Of a stretch of DNA of 64,000 bases, positions 1 to 9,598 are shown one piece after another; the first letter of the stretch is position 1, and each line of letters begins with the position of its first letter. Under the pieces are notes generated by a model, which ran no database searches, was not told the origin of the DNA, and worked only from the letters and a program-made list of their open reading frames with translations. The translations under genes and the position numbers were made by a program. Where the stretch lies: IMG/VR virus record IMGVR_UViG_3300042868_010004, positions 127,123 to 191,122 of that record; one strand, 5' to 3'. Origin of the DNA: a virus.

Positions 1-527
1 TGAATAAATATTATCTTTATTTTCGTTACCTCTTTCGCCATAAATTTTATGTAGCGCGTGAGTGTTTTAAGTTCGGCCTTTATTGGCGCGGTCTTAAACA
101 TGATTGGTCCAAATTCCTACCATGCGAACTGTTCCCTTACGTGGAATCCTTTTATGGAATTGGAACTTATTCGGACTCCTATGAACAAGCCTATATTAGA
201 TATTTGTCGCGTGAACACTCCTATACTTTGCCTTTTGAGAAAACCAAGGCCGGGGTTAAAGTAGCATTTAATCGGGCTTGGTTACACCATCAACATTTGA
301 ATTCCCACCACTGGCAACATTGGATTCTTCGAGAGGATTCCGGGGATACAAAGATTCTCGAAATGTCAATAAATGACGCCAAGGAAATGTATTGTGATTG
401 GGTCGGGGCTGGGCTCGCAATCACCGGGAAGTTGGATATAGAGACTTGGTATGGGAAGAATAAAGAGAAGATCCTGCTTCATCCGAACACACGTAAATTC
501 GTAGAGCAATTAATCTATAAAAACTAA
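1..527 (+). CDS. DUF5662-like HD-domain protein (5' ATG cut by window edge)
   Basis: Frame open from nt 3 (NKYYLYFRYLFRHK..KHDWSKF) into ORF 141..527; motifs HDxSK, AWLHHQHLNSHHWQHW, EMYCDWVGA. Confidence 0.7.
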   Translation, partial: NKYYLYFRYLFRHKFYVARECFKFGLYWRGLKHDWSKFLPCELFPYVESFYGIGTYSDSYEQAYIRYLSREHSYTLPFEKTKAGVKVAFNRAWLHHQHLNSHHWQHWILREDSGDTKILEMSINDAKEMYCDWVGAGLAITGKLDIETWYGKNKEKILLHPNTRKFVEQLIYKN

Positions 528-528
528 T

Positions 529-816
529 ATGATCGGTGGAACAATCATTCAGACGGAAGAAATACCTAAGTCCGGAAAGCTCCGGCTGGACATCGTAACG
601 GATCAATACAAAGACAAGCACTCCGTCTTTGTTGAATTGAACGATGCCGCCCGCTGCATTCAGGAAGATGACTCTGCCTTCTGGCACGAAGATCGAGACG
701 GCGGTACTGTCTTTTGGTCGCCCAAACTTCGGACGTTCCATGACTATCCACTGAAGAAGATCGGGAAGAGCTTTCAGACGGAGAAGGCGGATAAGAAGGA
801 GCTGGTCGGAAAATGA
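529..816 (+). CDS. hypothetical protein
   Basis: Packed + strand ORF, no motif recognised. Confidence 0.65.
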   Translation: MIGGTIIQTEEIPKSGKLRLDIVTDQYKDKHSVFVELNDAARCIQEDDSAFWHEDRDGGTVFWSPKLRTFHDYPLKKIGKSFQTEKADKKELVGK

Positions 817-1175
817 AACTCTACGTAGTCCGAAACAAACAGGGAAAGTTTTTCCGAGCGGTCGGAATGGGCGGATATGGCAAGAATTGGGAAGACTCTT
901 TAGATAAGGCCAAATTCTATGCCAAGATCGGGCAGGCCAAGTCTCGTGTCACTTATTTCTTCAAGTCCGATCCGTCTTTTGGTTGCCCGGATATTCTTGA
1001 ATTCGAATTGGACATTCAGAGGGCGAAGGTTTTGGACATGGCGGAATTGACCACGAAATCCATCCAAAAGATTGAAAAGAAGAAAATCAACCGGGAGCTG
1101 TATTGGCGGGAACAGGAGAAAAAGTGCTTGACAGAAGAGCAAGAAAGAATCAGACTTAGACTGAAGTCTCTATGA
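813..1175 (+). CDS. hypothetical protein
   Basis: ATGA overlap with upstream gene. Confidence 0.7.
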   Translation: MKLYVVRNKQGKFFRAVGMGGYGKNWEDSLDKAKFYAKIGQAKSRVTYFFKSDPSFGCPDILEFELDIQRAKVLDMAELTTKSIQKIEKKKINRELYWREQEKKCLTEEQERIRLRLKSL

Positions 1176-1408
1176 GTTCCGACCGTATCCCAACACTGGC
1201 AGAAAAAGTAAAGATGTATGAAGATTTCCTGCACAGAATCAGCCTATACTGTAATTGCGGGAACAACGAAGCAATCCGTAAGTTAGTTCAGAATGCGGAT
1301 GCGTTTTCCTATGCCCACCGAGTAGGAAATGGGGAATACTCCGATGAGGAACAAGATCGGATCGTGGCCGCGAAATTCTGGAAACTGCTTGACATAGAAG
1401 ACAGATAA
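1172..1408 (+). CDS. hypothetical protein
   Basis: ATGA overlap with upstream gene. Confidence 0.7.
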   Translation: MSSDRIPTLAEKVKMYEDFLHRISLYCNCGNNEAIRKLVQNADAFSYAHRVGNGEYSDEEQDRIVAAKFWKLLDIEDR

Positions 1409-1423
1409 GGCAGACTATCTGTT

Positions 1424-1624
1424 ATGACAAAGCATAAAAAACGCATTCTAAAAGAAATCAAAGAGGTGATTGAATCCTCTTTCCCCGATAGTCAACTCTA
1501 TTCTCAGGAGGAATTAACTCAGGCTTTCGCTGAGAAGATAATTGAATTGAAGGAAGAATTAGCTCGGGCTCGCGAAGATAGAGATTATTACCAAAATCAA
1601 TCCGAAATATGGAGTCCATCTTAA
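1424..1624 (+). CDS. hypothetical protein
   Basis: Packed + strand ORF. Confidence 0.6.
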   Translation: MTKHKKRILKEIKEVIESSFPDSQLYSQEELTQAFAEKIIELKEELARAREDRDYYQNQSEIWSPS

Positions 1625-1821
1625 AATTTACCCTACCCGAGGAATCCGAAGAACTTCAAGCGGCACTCAATGGGCAGAAATACCGAGCGGTTTTGATCTC
1701 GCTGGATTCCAAACTCAGACATCGGGTGAAATATGACGGGCTGAATTCAATTGATGTATCGGAGGTTCGGAAAATGATCTCAGAAGAGCTGGAGGAATAC
1801 AACCTAAGCATTTATGACTAA
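1609..1821 (+). CDS. hypothetical protein
   Basis: Packed + strand ORF. Confidence 0.65.
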   Translation: MESILKFTLPEESEELQAALNGQKYRAVLISLDSKLRHRVKYDGLNSIDVSEVRKMISEELEEYNLSIYD

Positions 1822-2038
1822 GAAATTACCGGTAGAATTTGAAAGTTTGGAGGACTTGCAAGATTACGTTAAGAAAATCCGCCCGCTGACGGAACAGGAG
1901 AAGGCGTTTCAAAAAGTCCGGCTCCGAAATCCGATTGTCGCGCGGATGTTGGCTTATGGGGCGAGTCTGGAAGAGATTATTGTTGCGTTGGACAAAGAGA
2001 ATGACCGGCTAATGCTGCATTTGTATCTCAAATCGTAA
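1814..2038 (+). CDS. hypothetical protein
   Basis: Packed + strand ORF. Confidence 0.6.
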   Translation: MTKKLPVEFESLEDLQDYVKKIRPLTEQEKAFQKVRLRNPIVARMLAYGASLEEIIVALDKENDRLMLHLYLKS

Positions 2039-2058
2039 GAGTTTCGAGGATTAAAAGC

Positions 2059-2574
2059 ATGAACAAAATTCGCTATTATACGGGGGTCGGATCGCGTCAG
2101 ACACCTTTGCCCGTTTTGGAAAAAATGAAAGAGATAGCTAAATTTCTCGCCAAGAAAGGCTGGACTTTGCGTTCCGGAGGAGCTTCGGGCGCGGACTACG
2201 ACGGTTTCGAAGTTGGTTGTGACGAGGCCGGAGGCAAGAAGGAAATTTATCTACCGTGGAAAGGATTTAATAATAACCCGAGTCAACTCCTATGGCCGCA
2301 AGCTGCTTGGAAGATTGCCGAGGAAATACATCCGGCGTGGGACCGATGCAGTGTTAATGCGAAATGTATGCACAGTCGAAATGTCTGCCAGTGTTTGGGC
2401 TATGTTTTGAATACGCCTTCGGACTTTTTAATTTGCTGGACGGAGAACGGAGAGGAGAAAGGCGGGACCGCGACTGCGATTCGGCTCGCCCGAAAATACA
2501 AGATTAAAATATTTAACCTCGGAGAGGAGAAGGCTCTTGACAGGTTCCGTAAATTCTGCAAAAAGAACGCATGA
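2059..2574 (+). CDS. SLOG-superfamily (DprA/Smf-like) phage protein
   Basis: YTGVGSR, LRSGGASGAD, FLICWT, GGTATAIRLA motifs. Confidence 0.75.
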   Translation: MNKIRYYTGVGSRQTPLPVLEKMKEIAKFLAKKGWTLRSGGASGADYDGFEVGCDEAGGKKEIYLPWKGFNNNPSQLLWPQAAWKIAEEIHPAWDRCSVNAKCMHSRNVCQCLGYVLNTPSDFLICWTENGEEKGGTATAIRLARKYKIKIFNLGEEKALDRFRKFCKKNA

Positions 2575-2882
2575 TGAAAATCAAAAAAGAGATGGTGAAA
2601 TTTAGTGACTATGAAGACCACGAGCTAATTGCTCAGAACGGTCTTTATGAGGATAGTCCGAACAAGGTTTCCTCAATGGAGGAAGGTTTGGCCGAAATAT
2701 CCAAGACAATTCTTTCACCCTACTTCCTAGAAAGAGTCCGTGATTATTTGACCGAGCACGAGAAAATTCATTATACCCTGACTTTCGTTAAGAAGAAAAA
2801 TGGGACGCGCAGCATTGTATTTGATTTTGAGCCGCACATACCTAGAAAAATTGTCAGAACCTATTACAATCTACCCGAATGA
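2571..2882 (+). CDS. hypothetical protein
   Basis: ATGA overlap. Confidence 0.65.
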   Translation: MMKIKKEMVKFSDYEDHELIAQNGLYEDSPNKVSSMEEGLAEISKTILSPYFLERVRDYLTEHEKIHYTLTFVKKKNGTRSIVFDFEPHIPRKIVRTYYNLPE

Positions 2883-3292
2883 AAAACCGACCAATCAAAT
2901 TCCGAGTCTGGAACAAAAAGACGAACGAGTGGGTTCACGGTCCGCACAAAGAGCCCTGTTTGGACGGAGTGAATCTCTTCGGGGAAACCATCCTTCTCGG
3001 CGCATTCATGCCGGTCAGACTGGAGGAGTTAAATGATTGTATTGCCGTTCAATATACAGGCTTGAAAGATATTCACGGGGCAGAATTATTCGAAGGTGAT
3101 ATTTGCAAATACGAGGGAGACGACGGTAAATCATTCGACGGTGCGGTCATCGACTTCTTTTGGGGCTCCTTCCGTCTGAACGGAGATTACATTGATAGCT
3201 TCATTGAGAATGAACATGCGGCGGCGAAAGGCTCGACCTCGCTTGAAAAGATTGGGAATGCGTTTGAGAATCCAGAATTGATGAAATTTTAA
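2879..3292 (+). CDS. YopX-family protein
   Basis: IKFRVW, QYTGLKDIHGAELFEGDI, IGNAFENPEL. Confidence 0.9.
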   Translation: MKNRPIKFRVWNKKTNEWVHGPHKEPCLDGVNLFGETILLGAFMPVRLEELNDCIAVQYTGLKDIHGAELFEGDICKYEGDDGKSFDGAVIDFFWGSFRLNGDYIDSFIENEHAAAKGSTSLEKIGNAFENPELMKF

Positions 3293-3296
3293 TTTT

Positions 3297-3542
3297 ATGA
3301 AATCAAGAGAAATAAAACCCGGAACAGTCTTCCGTATAATTGACCGAGGCACCGGAAAAGCGCAAGGCTCTTACAGTCGCGCCTGTTGTGATGAATATGA
3401 TTTTGAATCCGCCCAAGAAGCCCGATATGCCAATTGTCACGGTATCTTTCAGTACAAGTCAAAATATAAAATAGCTAAATATCAGGTTATATATAAATTG
3501 GTAGAAGACGATGTAGACACAGATCAAAAAACAAAACTATGA
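3297..3542 (+). CDS. hypothetical protein
   Basis: Packed + strand ORF. Confidence 0.65.
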   Translation: MKSREIKPGTVFRIIDRGTGKAQGSYSRACCDEYDFESAQEARYANCHGIFQYKSKYKIAKYQVIYKLVEDDVDTDQKTKL

Positions 3543-3907
3543 TTCCGGCACTGACAAATTACACAAAGAACGGCTTTTATTATCAATTAGTCGAACGGCA
3601 AGGCGATTGGGCGATCTTCCGGCAATCAAGTAAGAAGGATTCAACAACCCCTCTTGACGTGGGTATGGCGTGGGAAGTATTCAAGATTAAGGTCAGTAAG
3701 GGCGGCGACATGAAGGTTAAAGACAAAGATGGGAATCCTCTGATAATTCATTGCGAGCCAAAGGAATGCCCGCCGGGGGATGAAATGTTCGGTTCGAACG
3801 GGTGGTCCTGCCATACTCTGGCGCGCGCCCGCGAGAAAATGGCTGAACGAATGGCAGCGGAACAGGAGCGGGAAGAAGAGAAGAATAGAAGGAGCAAGAC
3901 TGAATAA
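3539..3907 (+). CDS. hypothetical protein
   Basis: ATGA overlap. Confidence 0.7.
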   Translation: MIPALTNYTKNGFYYQLVERQGDWAIFRQSSKKDSTTPLDVGMAWEVFKIKVSKGGDMKVKDKDGNPLIIHCEPKECPPGDEMFGSNGWSCHTLARAREKMAERMAAEQEREEEKNRRSKTE

Positions 3908-3940
3908 CAAAAACTGATAGTCAGTATAAGAATATCTAAT

Positions 3941-4444
3941 ATGCGTGAACCAAAAAAGGGTGAAATTGTCAGACTGAAAAACGATCCGAACAAAACCTAC
4001 AAGGTCTTGGATTATTGCCTAGGTCTTGTCAGTCTGAGAGAGAATGTCCTTCGATCCCGGAACAAGACAGAAGTCAGCCTGAGTGAAATAGAATACACGG
4101 AGGCGGAGAAGGTCTGTTTGACGATGCCGGAGAAGAAAGCGATCCTTCGAAGGTTAGTCGAAGAGAAGACACTTAAGGAGAATTTTCAGAGGGAGATGAT
4201 TCTTCTGTGCAAGATGTGGAAACGCCTGCCACACAGAGAGTTCTGGCTGGAAGGTTTCTGCCCAGCTCTGAAGGTTAATTCAATGACTTACTGGTTTAAT
4301 CGGCAGGAAGTTGAGGATTTGTATAAGAAATGGGCAGTAAATCTTGAAAGCAAACGGGAGGAGATTGTTTTAGAAAAAGAGAAGATTGGGAAGGATATTA
4401 TCGTTCAGAAGCGAGCAAGGAACCTTTTAGAATTGTTGAAATAA
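3941..4444 (+). CDS. hypothetical protein
   Basis: Packed + strand ORF, 167 aa. Confidence 0.7.
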   Translation: MREPKKGEIVRLKNDPNKTYKVLDYCLGLVSLRENVLRSRNKTEVSLSEIEYTEAEKVCLTMPEKKAILRRLVEEKTLKENFQREMILLCKMWKRLPHREFWLEGFCPALKVNSMTYWFNRQEVEDLYKKWAVNLESKREEIVLEKEKIGKDIIVQKRARNLLELLK

Positions 4445-4448
4445 ATTT

Positions 4449-4982
4449 ATGGAAAACTTAAATCAGTCAGAAATTAAACCATTTATCATGCCCGAACATG
4501 ATTGTTTTTGGTGTGGAGAGAAAACCCGGTCGATGCATTGGGCCTGTGAACGATGCGGGCCGCTGAAAGAAGAGGGATATGCGCGGGCGCGGGAAGCGGG
4601 AGAGAATAATTATGGACAAGTCATCAATCGCGTTTTTGACGTTTTAAAAGAAAATGGTGTCGGGATTGACTTGACAAAAACAACAAAACAAAACACTATA
4701 CAACCCATGCCCACTCCAACTAAACTCGCACGGAATCCCAAATACAGAAAGAAAAGTAAATCCGTCTTCCAGAAGGCTCGCCAGACCTCGGACCTCTTCT
4801 GGAAACGCAAGTTAATGCAGGTTTTGGAAGTTTTTCACGATCAGGAACTTCACTGGCATAAAGAGTTGTGGTCGGATTACGGTATTTCCGATGCCGAAGC
4901 GCGCGTGATTGAAAAGGCGTTCTCTGTCCAGAAGGCTTGGCGGGCTCGCGGACGGAATGATAAGGTCGGAGAGGTAGATTGA
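4449..4982 (+). CDS. hypothetical protein (N-terminal CxxC-CxxC; probable internal start at 4707)
   Basis: CFWC..CERC; internal promoter 4671-4699 then ATG 4707. Confidence 0.6.
   Translation: MENLNQSEIKPFIMPEHDCFWCGEKTRSMHWACERCGPLKEEGYARAREAGENNYGQVINRVFDVLKENGVGIDLTKTTKQNTIQPMPTPTKLARNPKYRKKSKSVFQKARQTSDLFWKRKLMQVLEVFHDQELHWHKELWSDYGISDAEARVIEKAFSVQKAWRARGRNDKVGEVD
4671..4699 (+). promoter_or_regulatory. sigma70-like promoter, leaderless start at 4707
   Basis: TTGACA-N17-CACTAT, ATG 7 nt later. Confidence 0.55.
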
Positions 4983-5371
4983 AAAGAAGGACAAACAATA
5001 TGGAGAAGTCAAAATATAATTCAAAAAACGAGTCTGGCGAGGATTTATATACCCTAAGCACACATCTTTTTGTTGCAGAGGGGGCGGTGAACGTAAGTAA
5101 GAATGTAAACAAGATTGAATGGCGGGCAGGCGAGGACGAGGAATACATGAAGTTTTGCCGCGAGCAATACGGAAGAGAGGAAAAGCCGGAACCTTTTCAA
5201 ATTCAACCGCTTCGCTTTGAAGGGACTCCCGCTAATTTGCTCAATAGTCTTTTTGTGAATGCGGCATTTATTCTGGCGACGGCGGAGGCAAATAAAAACG
5301 GCGAAGACGTGACGGAAATTTTCGAGAAACTAAAAACAGATTTTTTACACAAACTAACTAATAATCAATAA
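4979..5371 (+). CDS. hypothetical protein
   Basis: Packed ORF upstream of recA (TTG 4979 or ATG 4999). Confidence 0.65.
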   Translation: MKRRTNNMEKSKYNSKNESGEDLYTLSTHLFVAEGAVNVSKNVNKIEWRAGEDEEYMKFCREQYGREEKPEPFQIQPLRFEGTPANLLNSLFVNAAFILATAEANKNGEDVTEIFEKLKTDFLHKLTNNQ

Positions 5372-5384
5372 TTTATAAAATATC

Positions 5385-6512
5385 ATGGCACGACCAAAAA
5401 AAGATACGGGGAATGATGGGGAAGAGAATGTTTCGGGCTCCGAGTCCAAAAACGTTCTGAACGTCCTATTTAAGGCAAATAAGACGGACCACTATAACTT
5501 TGAAGACGAAATTCATTATACGGTTCCCTCCTCCAGTATGATTCTAAATGCTCGTTTGAAAGGCGGTATTCCTCCGGGCGTTATCCGGCTGACGGGCGCG
5601 ACTTCCGGAGGAAAATCGAGTGTTGCTCTCGACTTTATGAAAAACTTTCTCAAAGAGTCTTCTGACAAGGAGTTGCGCCGAGGGGTTTATTTTCGTTGCG
5701 AGGGTCGCTTATCCCCTGAAATCAAAGCTCGCTCTGGTGTAAAGTTTGTTAATTCTATTGATGAATGGGAGAACGGAACATGTCTCATTGTCGATAGTAA
5801 CGTATTTGAATTTGTTTTTGATATCGTTCGCCAGCTTATTGTCAAAAACGAGGAAAAATACAAGTTCATATTCTGTATTGATAGCGTAGATATGATGGCA
5901 AAGCGGGCCGATCTTGAAAAGACTTTGGACGAGGCGGCGACTGTTGCCGGTGGCGCTCTTATTACCAGTGTATTCCTTAAGAAAGTGTCCACGGCACTAA
6001 CTAAGCGTGGGCATATCGCTATTTTTATCTCTCAGGTGCGGGAAACGGTTAATATCAACCCTTACGCCAAGACCCCTCCAAAACAGGGTGGTGCATCAGG
6101 TGGGCACGCTCTTGAACATGCGGCCCAGACAGTGCTGGAATTTTTACCTCGTTATAATGATGATATTATCCGAGAGAATGACGAAAAGAATGGGCGACCT
6201 ATCGGGCATTATGCCAAGTGCAAGATCGTTAAGGATAACTCTGAGGGATATTTGACAGAAGTTCGTTATCCCATTATCTATGGCCGGACCAATGGTTCTT
6301 CTGTATGGCGCGAACGAGAGGTCTTGGATCTTCTTCAGATGTTTAACCTGATTACCCGAGCTGGAGCTTGGTATTATCTTGATGATGCTGTTAAGAAGGA
6401 GCTATCTGAAAAGAACCTCCCCTTTGATGAAAAGTATCAGGGTATTGGCGGTGTAAACGCTTGGCTAGAGCAGAACCCAGAGGTCGTCAACCATTTCGCC
6501 TCCAAATTTTAA
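5385..6512 (+). CDS. recA: RecA/UvsX-like recombinase
   Basis: Walker A GATSGGKS, Walker B IDSVD, ISQVR, GGHALEH, GAWY. Confidence 0.92.
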   Translation: MARPKKDTGNDGEENVSGSESKNVLNVLFKANKTDHYNFEDEIHYTVPSSSMILNARLKGGIPPGVIRLTGATSGGKSSVALDFMKNFLKESSDKELRRGVYFRCEGRLSPEIKARSGVKFVNSIDEWENGTCLIVDSNVFEFVFDIVRQLIVKNEEKYKFIFCIDSVDMMAKRADLEKTLDEAATVAGGALITSVFLKKVSTALTKRGHIAIFISQVRETVNINPYAKTPPKQGGASGGHALEHAAQTVLEFLPRYNDDIIRENDEKNGRPIGHYAKCKIVKDNSEGYLTEVRYPIIYGRTNGSSVWREREVLDLLQMFNLITRAGAWYYLDDAVKKELSEKNLPFDEKYQGIGGVNAWLEQNPEVVNHFASKF

Positions 6513-6928
6513 TGAAGTGGTTTATTAAATCTGGCAAGTCCGTTAATCTGAATCCCTCAAGGTATAAAATTGATTGGAAAAGGAAGGTTAGCGGACCCCA
6601 GCTTGCCGTTAAAAATTTTCTTTTCAAATACTGGAAACATGATTTGGTTTTAGAGGAGATGGTCATCCCTAAGACGGGTGGCAAGCGATTTGATTTGGTT
6701 AATCTTACGACCAAGACTATTATTGAGGTTAGTCCAATATCGGTTCACCTCAAATACAATGAGTTCATGCACGGATCGGAAGATGGATATCTAAAAAAGT
6801 TAAAGTCAGATTATGACAAAATGCTCGTGGCCGAATTAAACAAATTTAAGTTTATCGAATTACACGACAACGAGATAAATAATCTTTCAAAAGAAATGCT
6901 TAAGGAGAAGTTCGGACTTGACCTCTAA
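6512..6928 (+). CDS. Vsr/DUF559-like PD-(D/E)xK endonuclease
   Basis: ATG 6512 overlaps recA stop; EEMVIP..RFDL..IIEV..VH..SDYDK. Confidence 0.6.
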   Translation: MKWFIKSGKSVNLNPSRYKIDWKRKVSGPQLAVKNFLFKYWKHDLVLEEMVIPKTGGKRFDLVNLTTKTIIEVSPISVHLKYNEFMHGSEDGYLKKLKSDYDKMLVAELNKFKFIELHDNEINNLSKEMLKEKFGLDL

Positions 6929-7991
6929 GAAGCCTATAAAAATGGGGATAGACGATCACGTCAGAGCGATAGCTTTGATCAAAGCAGGCTGGTTATGTCA
7001 GGGTATCGCCGCCGAGTTTGATTGTTCTTGGCCTGTCATTTCTAGAATCGCGGCCAAATATGATTTGAAATTTTCACAATATAAAAAAGAATTTTCTTAC
7101 AGACAAGAACAAGAAATTGTAAGAGATTATTTGGACGGGGAATCACTTGAATCACTTTTCTCTAAGAATAAAACGGGGACAGAAAACATTAAAAGGGTTC
7201 TGGAAAAATACGAAATTCCGCTAAGAGATAATAAGATAAGCGAAGAAAAAAAGAACGAAGTCCAATATCTATATGAGGAAACGGATTTAGATATAACAAA
7301 CATAGAAAAACAGACGAAAGTTGGATATACCTCTATTTTAAAATTAGCAAAAAAAAGAGGATGGGCAAGAAAAATCTGGAAAAGAAAATTCTTCAAAGAT
7401 GTTTGGGCCTTTGATCTTACTAAAGAAGAGGTTGAAAAGAAGTTAAACGAAGTAAGAAAAAAGCAATCGGAAAATTCTTCTGGTGAGAACAACCCGATGT
7501 ATGGAAAACCCACTCCGAACGGGGCGGGCAACGGATGGAAGGGCCGATACAAGGGACGATATTTTAGGAGCCTCCAAGAAGCATCGTTCATGATAGAAAA
7601 AGATGATGCTGGGATTGCTTTTGAAAACGGGGAAACTATGACGATCCCTTACGAATTTATGGGCCGGAAGAGAACCTACCGACCAGACTTTATTATCGGT
7701 GATACTGTTTATGAATTGAAGCCGAAAAAATTAATGAAGTCTGCTGTTATTTTGGCGAAAAAAGAAGCGGCAGAAAAATATTTGGCAGACAAGGGAATGA
7801 AATATGTATTGATGGAGCAAAAATACGATTTCAACAAGATAAAGGTTGCGGTGGCTCTCAAACATATTATCCTTGCCGCAGATTACATGGATCGTCTTCT
7901 TTACAGAATCTTTACGGAGGGTGGTATGCTTGTAGATACAACTTATGAAACTTTTAAAAAAGCAAGGGAAAGCAGAAGGAATGAAAAATGA
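6918..7991 (+). mobile_element. free-standing homing endonuclease, NUMOD3 + TnsA-like PD-(D/E)xK domain
   Basis: HTH repeats, GENNPMYGK (NUMOD3), YFRSLQEA..IPYEF..TYRPDFII..ELKP; AT-rich. Confidence 0.7.
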
Positions 7992-9007
7992 TTAATTTCG
8001 GCCCCGACTTCAAACACAAGCAGCCTCTTTCCGCGTCGAAAATCAAAACGCTAACCCATTGTAGCGCTCGCTATTACGCAAGTTACATTCTGAAGCTTCC
8101 CGACAAGGGCAATTCGGGCAGTCAGAAGGGCGATGTCACGCATCGAATCCTAGAATTACTCTGCCAGAAACGCCGGAAGCCCCTTGTTGACCGTATCCGC
8201 GCATTTCAGTCTTGTCGCCCCGTCCGACAGATTTGGTATCTTGTAAAGAAGTATTCCGCCGAGCATAAAATTTTTGATGAAGCGGAATATGATATGATTA
8301 ACAAGTTTATTCTGACCGCCCTGAATACAGAATTTTTCGGCCCCGATGGTGACGTTGAAATCATAATTGAAAAGCCGTTTGATTTTGAAGTAATCCGAGA
8401 AGGCGTTTCCTACCGAGCTAGGGGTTTTATTGACAAGCTAATCTTCACCTCCCTCCCCAATCGTAAAAAAAGTGTAAAAATAGTAGATTATAAGTCTTCA
8501 AAAAAGAAATTTTCGAAACAGGAGGTCGATGACAACATCCAATCCCAGCTCTATGAGCGTGCGGTTCGATATATGTATCCCGATTGCGAAGTCACAACTA
8601 TTGATTTCCTGTTCTTGGCCTTCCCGCAAAATCCAAAAATGGAGTTCCCTGTATTGGGCGAGGATGTAATGAATGGACTGGAAACTTATCTTACGCATGT
8701 TCAGCAAATCGTGGATAATTTTTCAGAGAAGAATGTTGGGGATAATCTTGGGATTCAGAAATACGAAACGAAAGGCTTGTGCGGCCCGGCTAAGAGCGGC
8801 TGGATCTGTCCAAGCCAACGTCCGTTTGATTACTGGGTAATAACAACTTCTGAAAATCCCTCTGAGATTGTCCTGTCCGCCTTCACCGAAGATGAACTAA
8901 CCCCCAAACTCAAATCGGGCCAAAAGATTGAAAAACGCTCGTATGGCGGCTGTATTTGGTTCTACCGAGAGGATGGAACGCCCCGAACTCTGAAACAGGA
9001 TTACTAA
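7988..9007 (+). CDS. Cas4/AddB-like PD-(D/E)xK exonuclease
   Basis: LSASKI..C, G..H, EKPF, RGFIDKL, IVDYKS, QLY, three C-terminal Cys. Confidence 0.85.
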   Translation: MINFGPDFKHKQPLSASKIKTLTHCSARYYASYILKLPDKGNSGSQKGDVTHRILELLCQKRRKPLVDRIRAFQSCRPVRQIWYLVKKYSAEHKIFDEAEYDMINKFILTALNTEFFGPDGDVEIIIEKPFDFEVIREGVSYRARGFIDKLIFTSLPNRKKSVKIVDYKSSKKKFSKQEVDDNIQSQLYERAVRYMYPDCEVTTIDFLFLAFPQNPKMEFPVLGEDVMNGLETYLTHVQQIVDNFSEKNVGDNLGIQKYETKGLCGPAKSGWICPSQRPFDYWVITTSENPSEIVLSAFTEDELTPKLKSGQKIEKRSYGGCIWFYREDGTPRTLKQDY

Positions 9008-9024
9008 TCAATCAAACCCGCCAC

Positions 9025-9345
9025 ATGAAAACTATATTTTATCAAGAAGCTGAGTTAATTCTGAATACCCGTCTAGACCGCCGAATGAAATGCTTTCATG
9101 AGGATACCCAAGATGCCTTCCAGACATTTGGCGGCGGTCCAATTTATACCTACGGGGAATGGACTCAAGAATGTTCAGGCTGCACGGAATCTTATATGGG
9201 CCAGTATTATACCGGCCAGCCCGGCAAAGGCATAGGTTGTTCTGAGTGCGGGTATACTGGAAAGCGCCGACAGGGTTGGTGGGCTCCGGTTTGTGTTAAG
9301 GCAAAAGAACGCCCCAATCTTCCCCTGATTGTCCCATCGGTGTAA
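9025..9345 (+). CDS. hypothetical protein with CxxC pairs
   Basis: ATG 9025 within ORF 8956..9345; CSGC, CSEC. Confidence 0.6.
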   Translation: MKTIFYQEAELILNTRLDRRMKCFHEDTQDAFQTFGGGPIYTYGEWTQECSGCTESYMGQYYTGQPGKGIGCSECGYTGKRRQGWWAPVCVKAKERPNLPLIVPSV

Positions 9346-9367
9346 TCCCCTGTAAATACACTTTGTC

Positions 9368-9508
9368 ATGAAAAAACATAAAAATAAGAACCGAGAAAAC
9401 AAACAGAAAGACAAAGCGAAAGCCATGAAGGCCCGCAAGGCCAAATTCTTCCCTATCCCCTTCGTTGATCTGACCAAACTCCGTTCCCCAATTAGCAGAT
9501 TTGAGTAA
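9368..9508 (+). CDS. small basic protein (46 aa)
   Basis: Manual translation MKKHKNKNRENKQKDKAKAMKARK..FE*. Confidence 0.45.
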   Translation: MKKHKNKNRENKQKDKAKAMKARKAKFFPIPFVDLTKLRSPISRFE

Positions 9509-9533
9509 GTTTAATTCCGTCCTTCATTCTGCC

Positions 9534-9561
9534 TTGACAAGTCCACCAAAAGACAAATCAT
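9534..9561 (+). promoter_or_regulatory. sigma70-like promoter
   Basis: TTGACA-N16-AATCAT upstream of 9599. Confidence 0.5.
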
Positions 9562-9598
9562 CCAAACAATCAATAAGCCATCCGGCCTTTCATCCTTT

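Noticed and set aside
7988-9007. Cas4 as part of a CRISPR system
   Set aside because: Solo Cas4-like exonuclease next to recA, typical of phage recombination modules.
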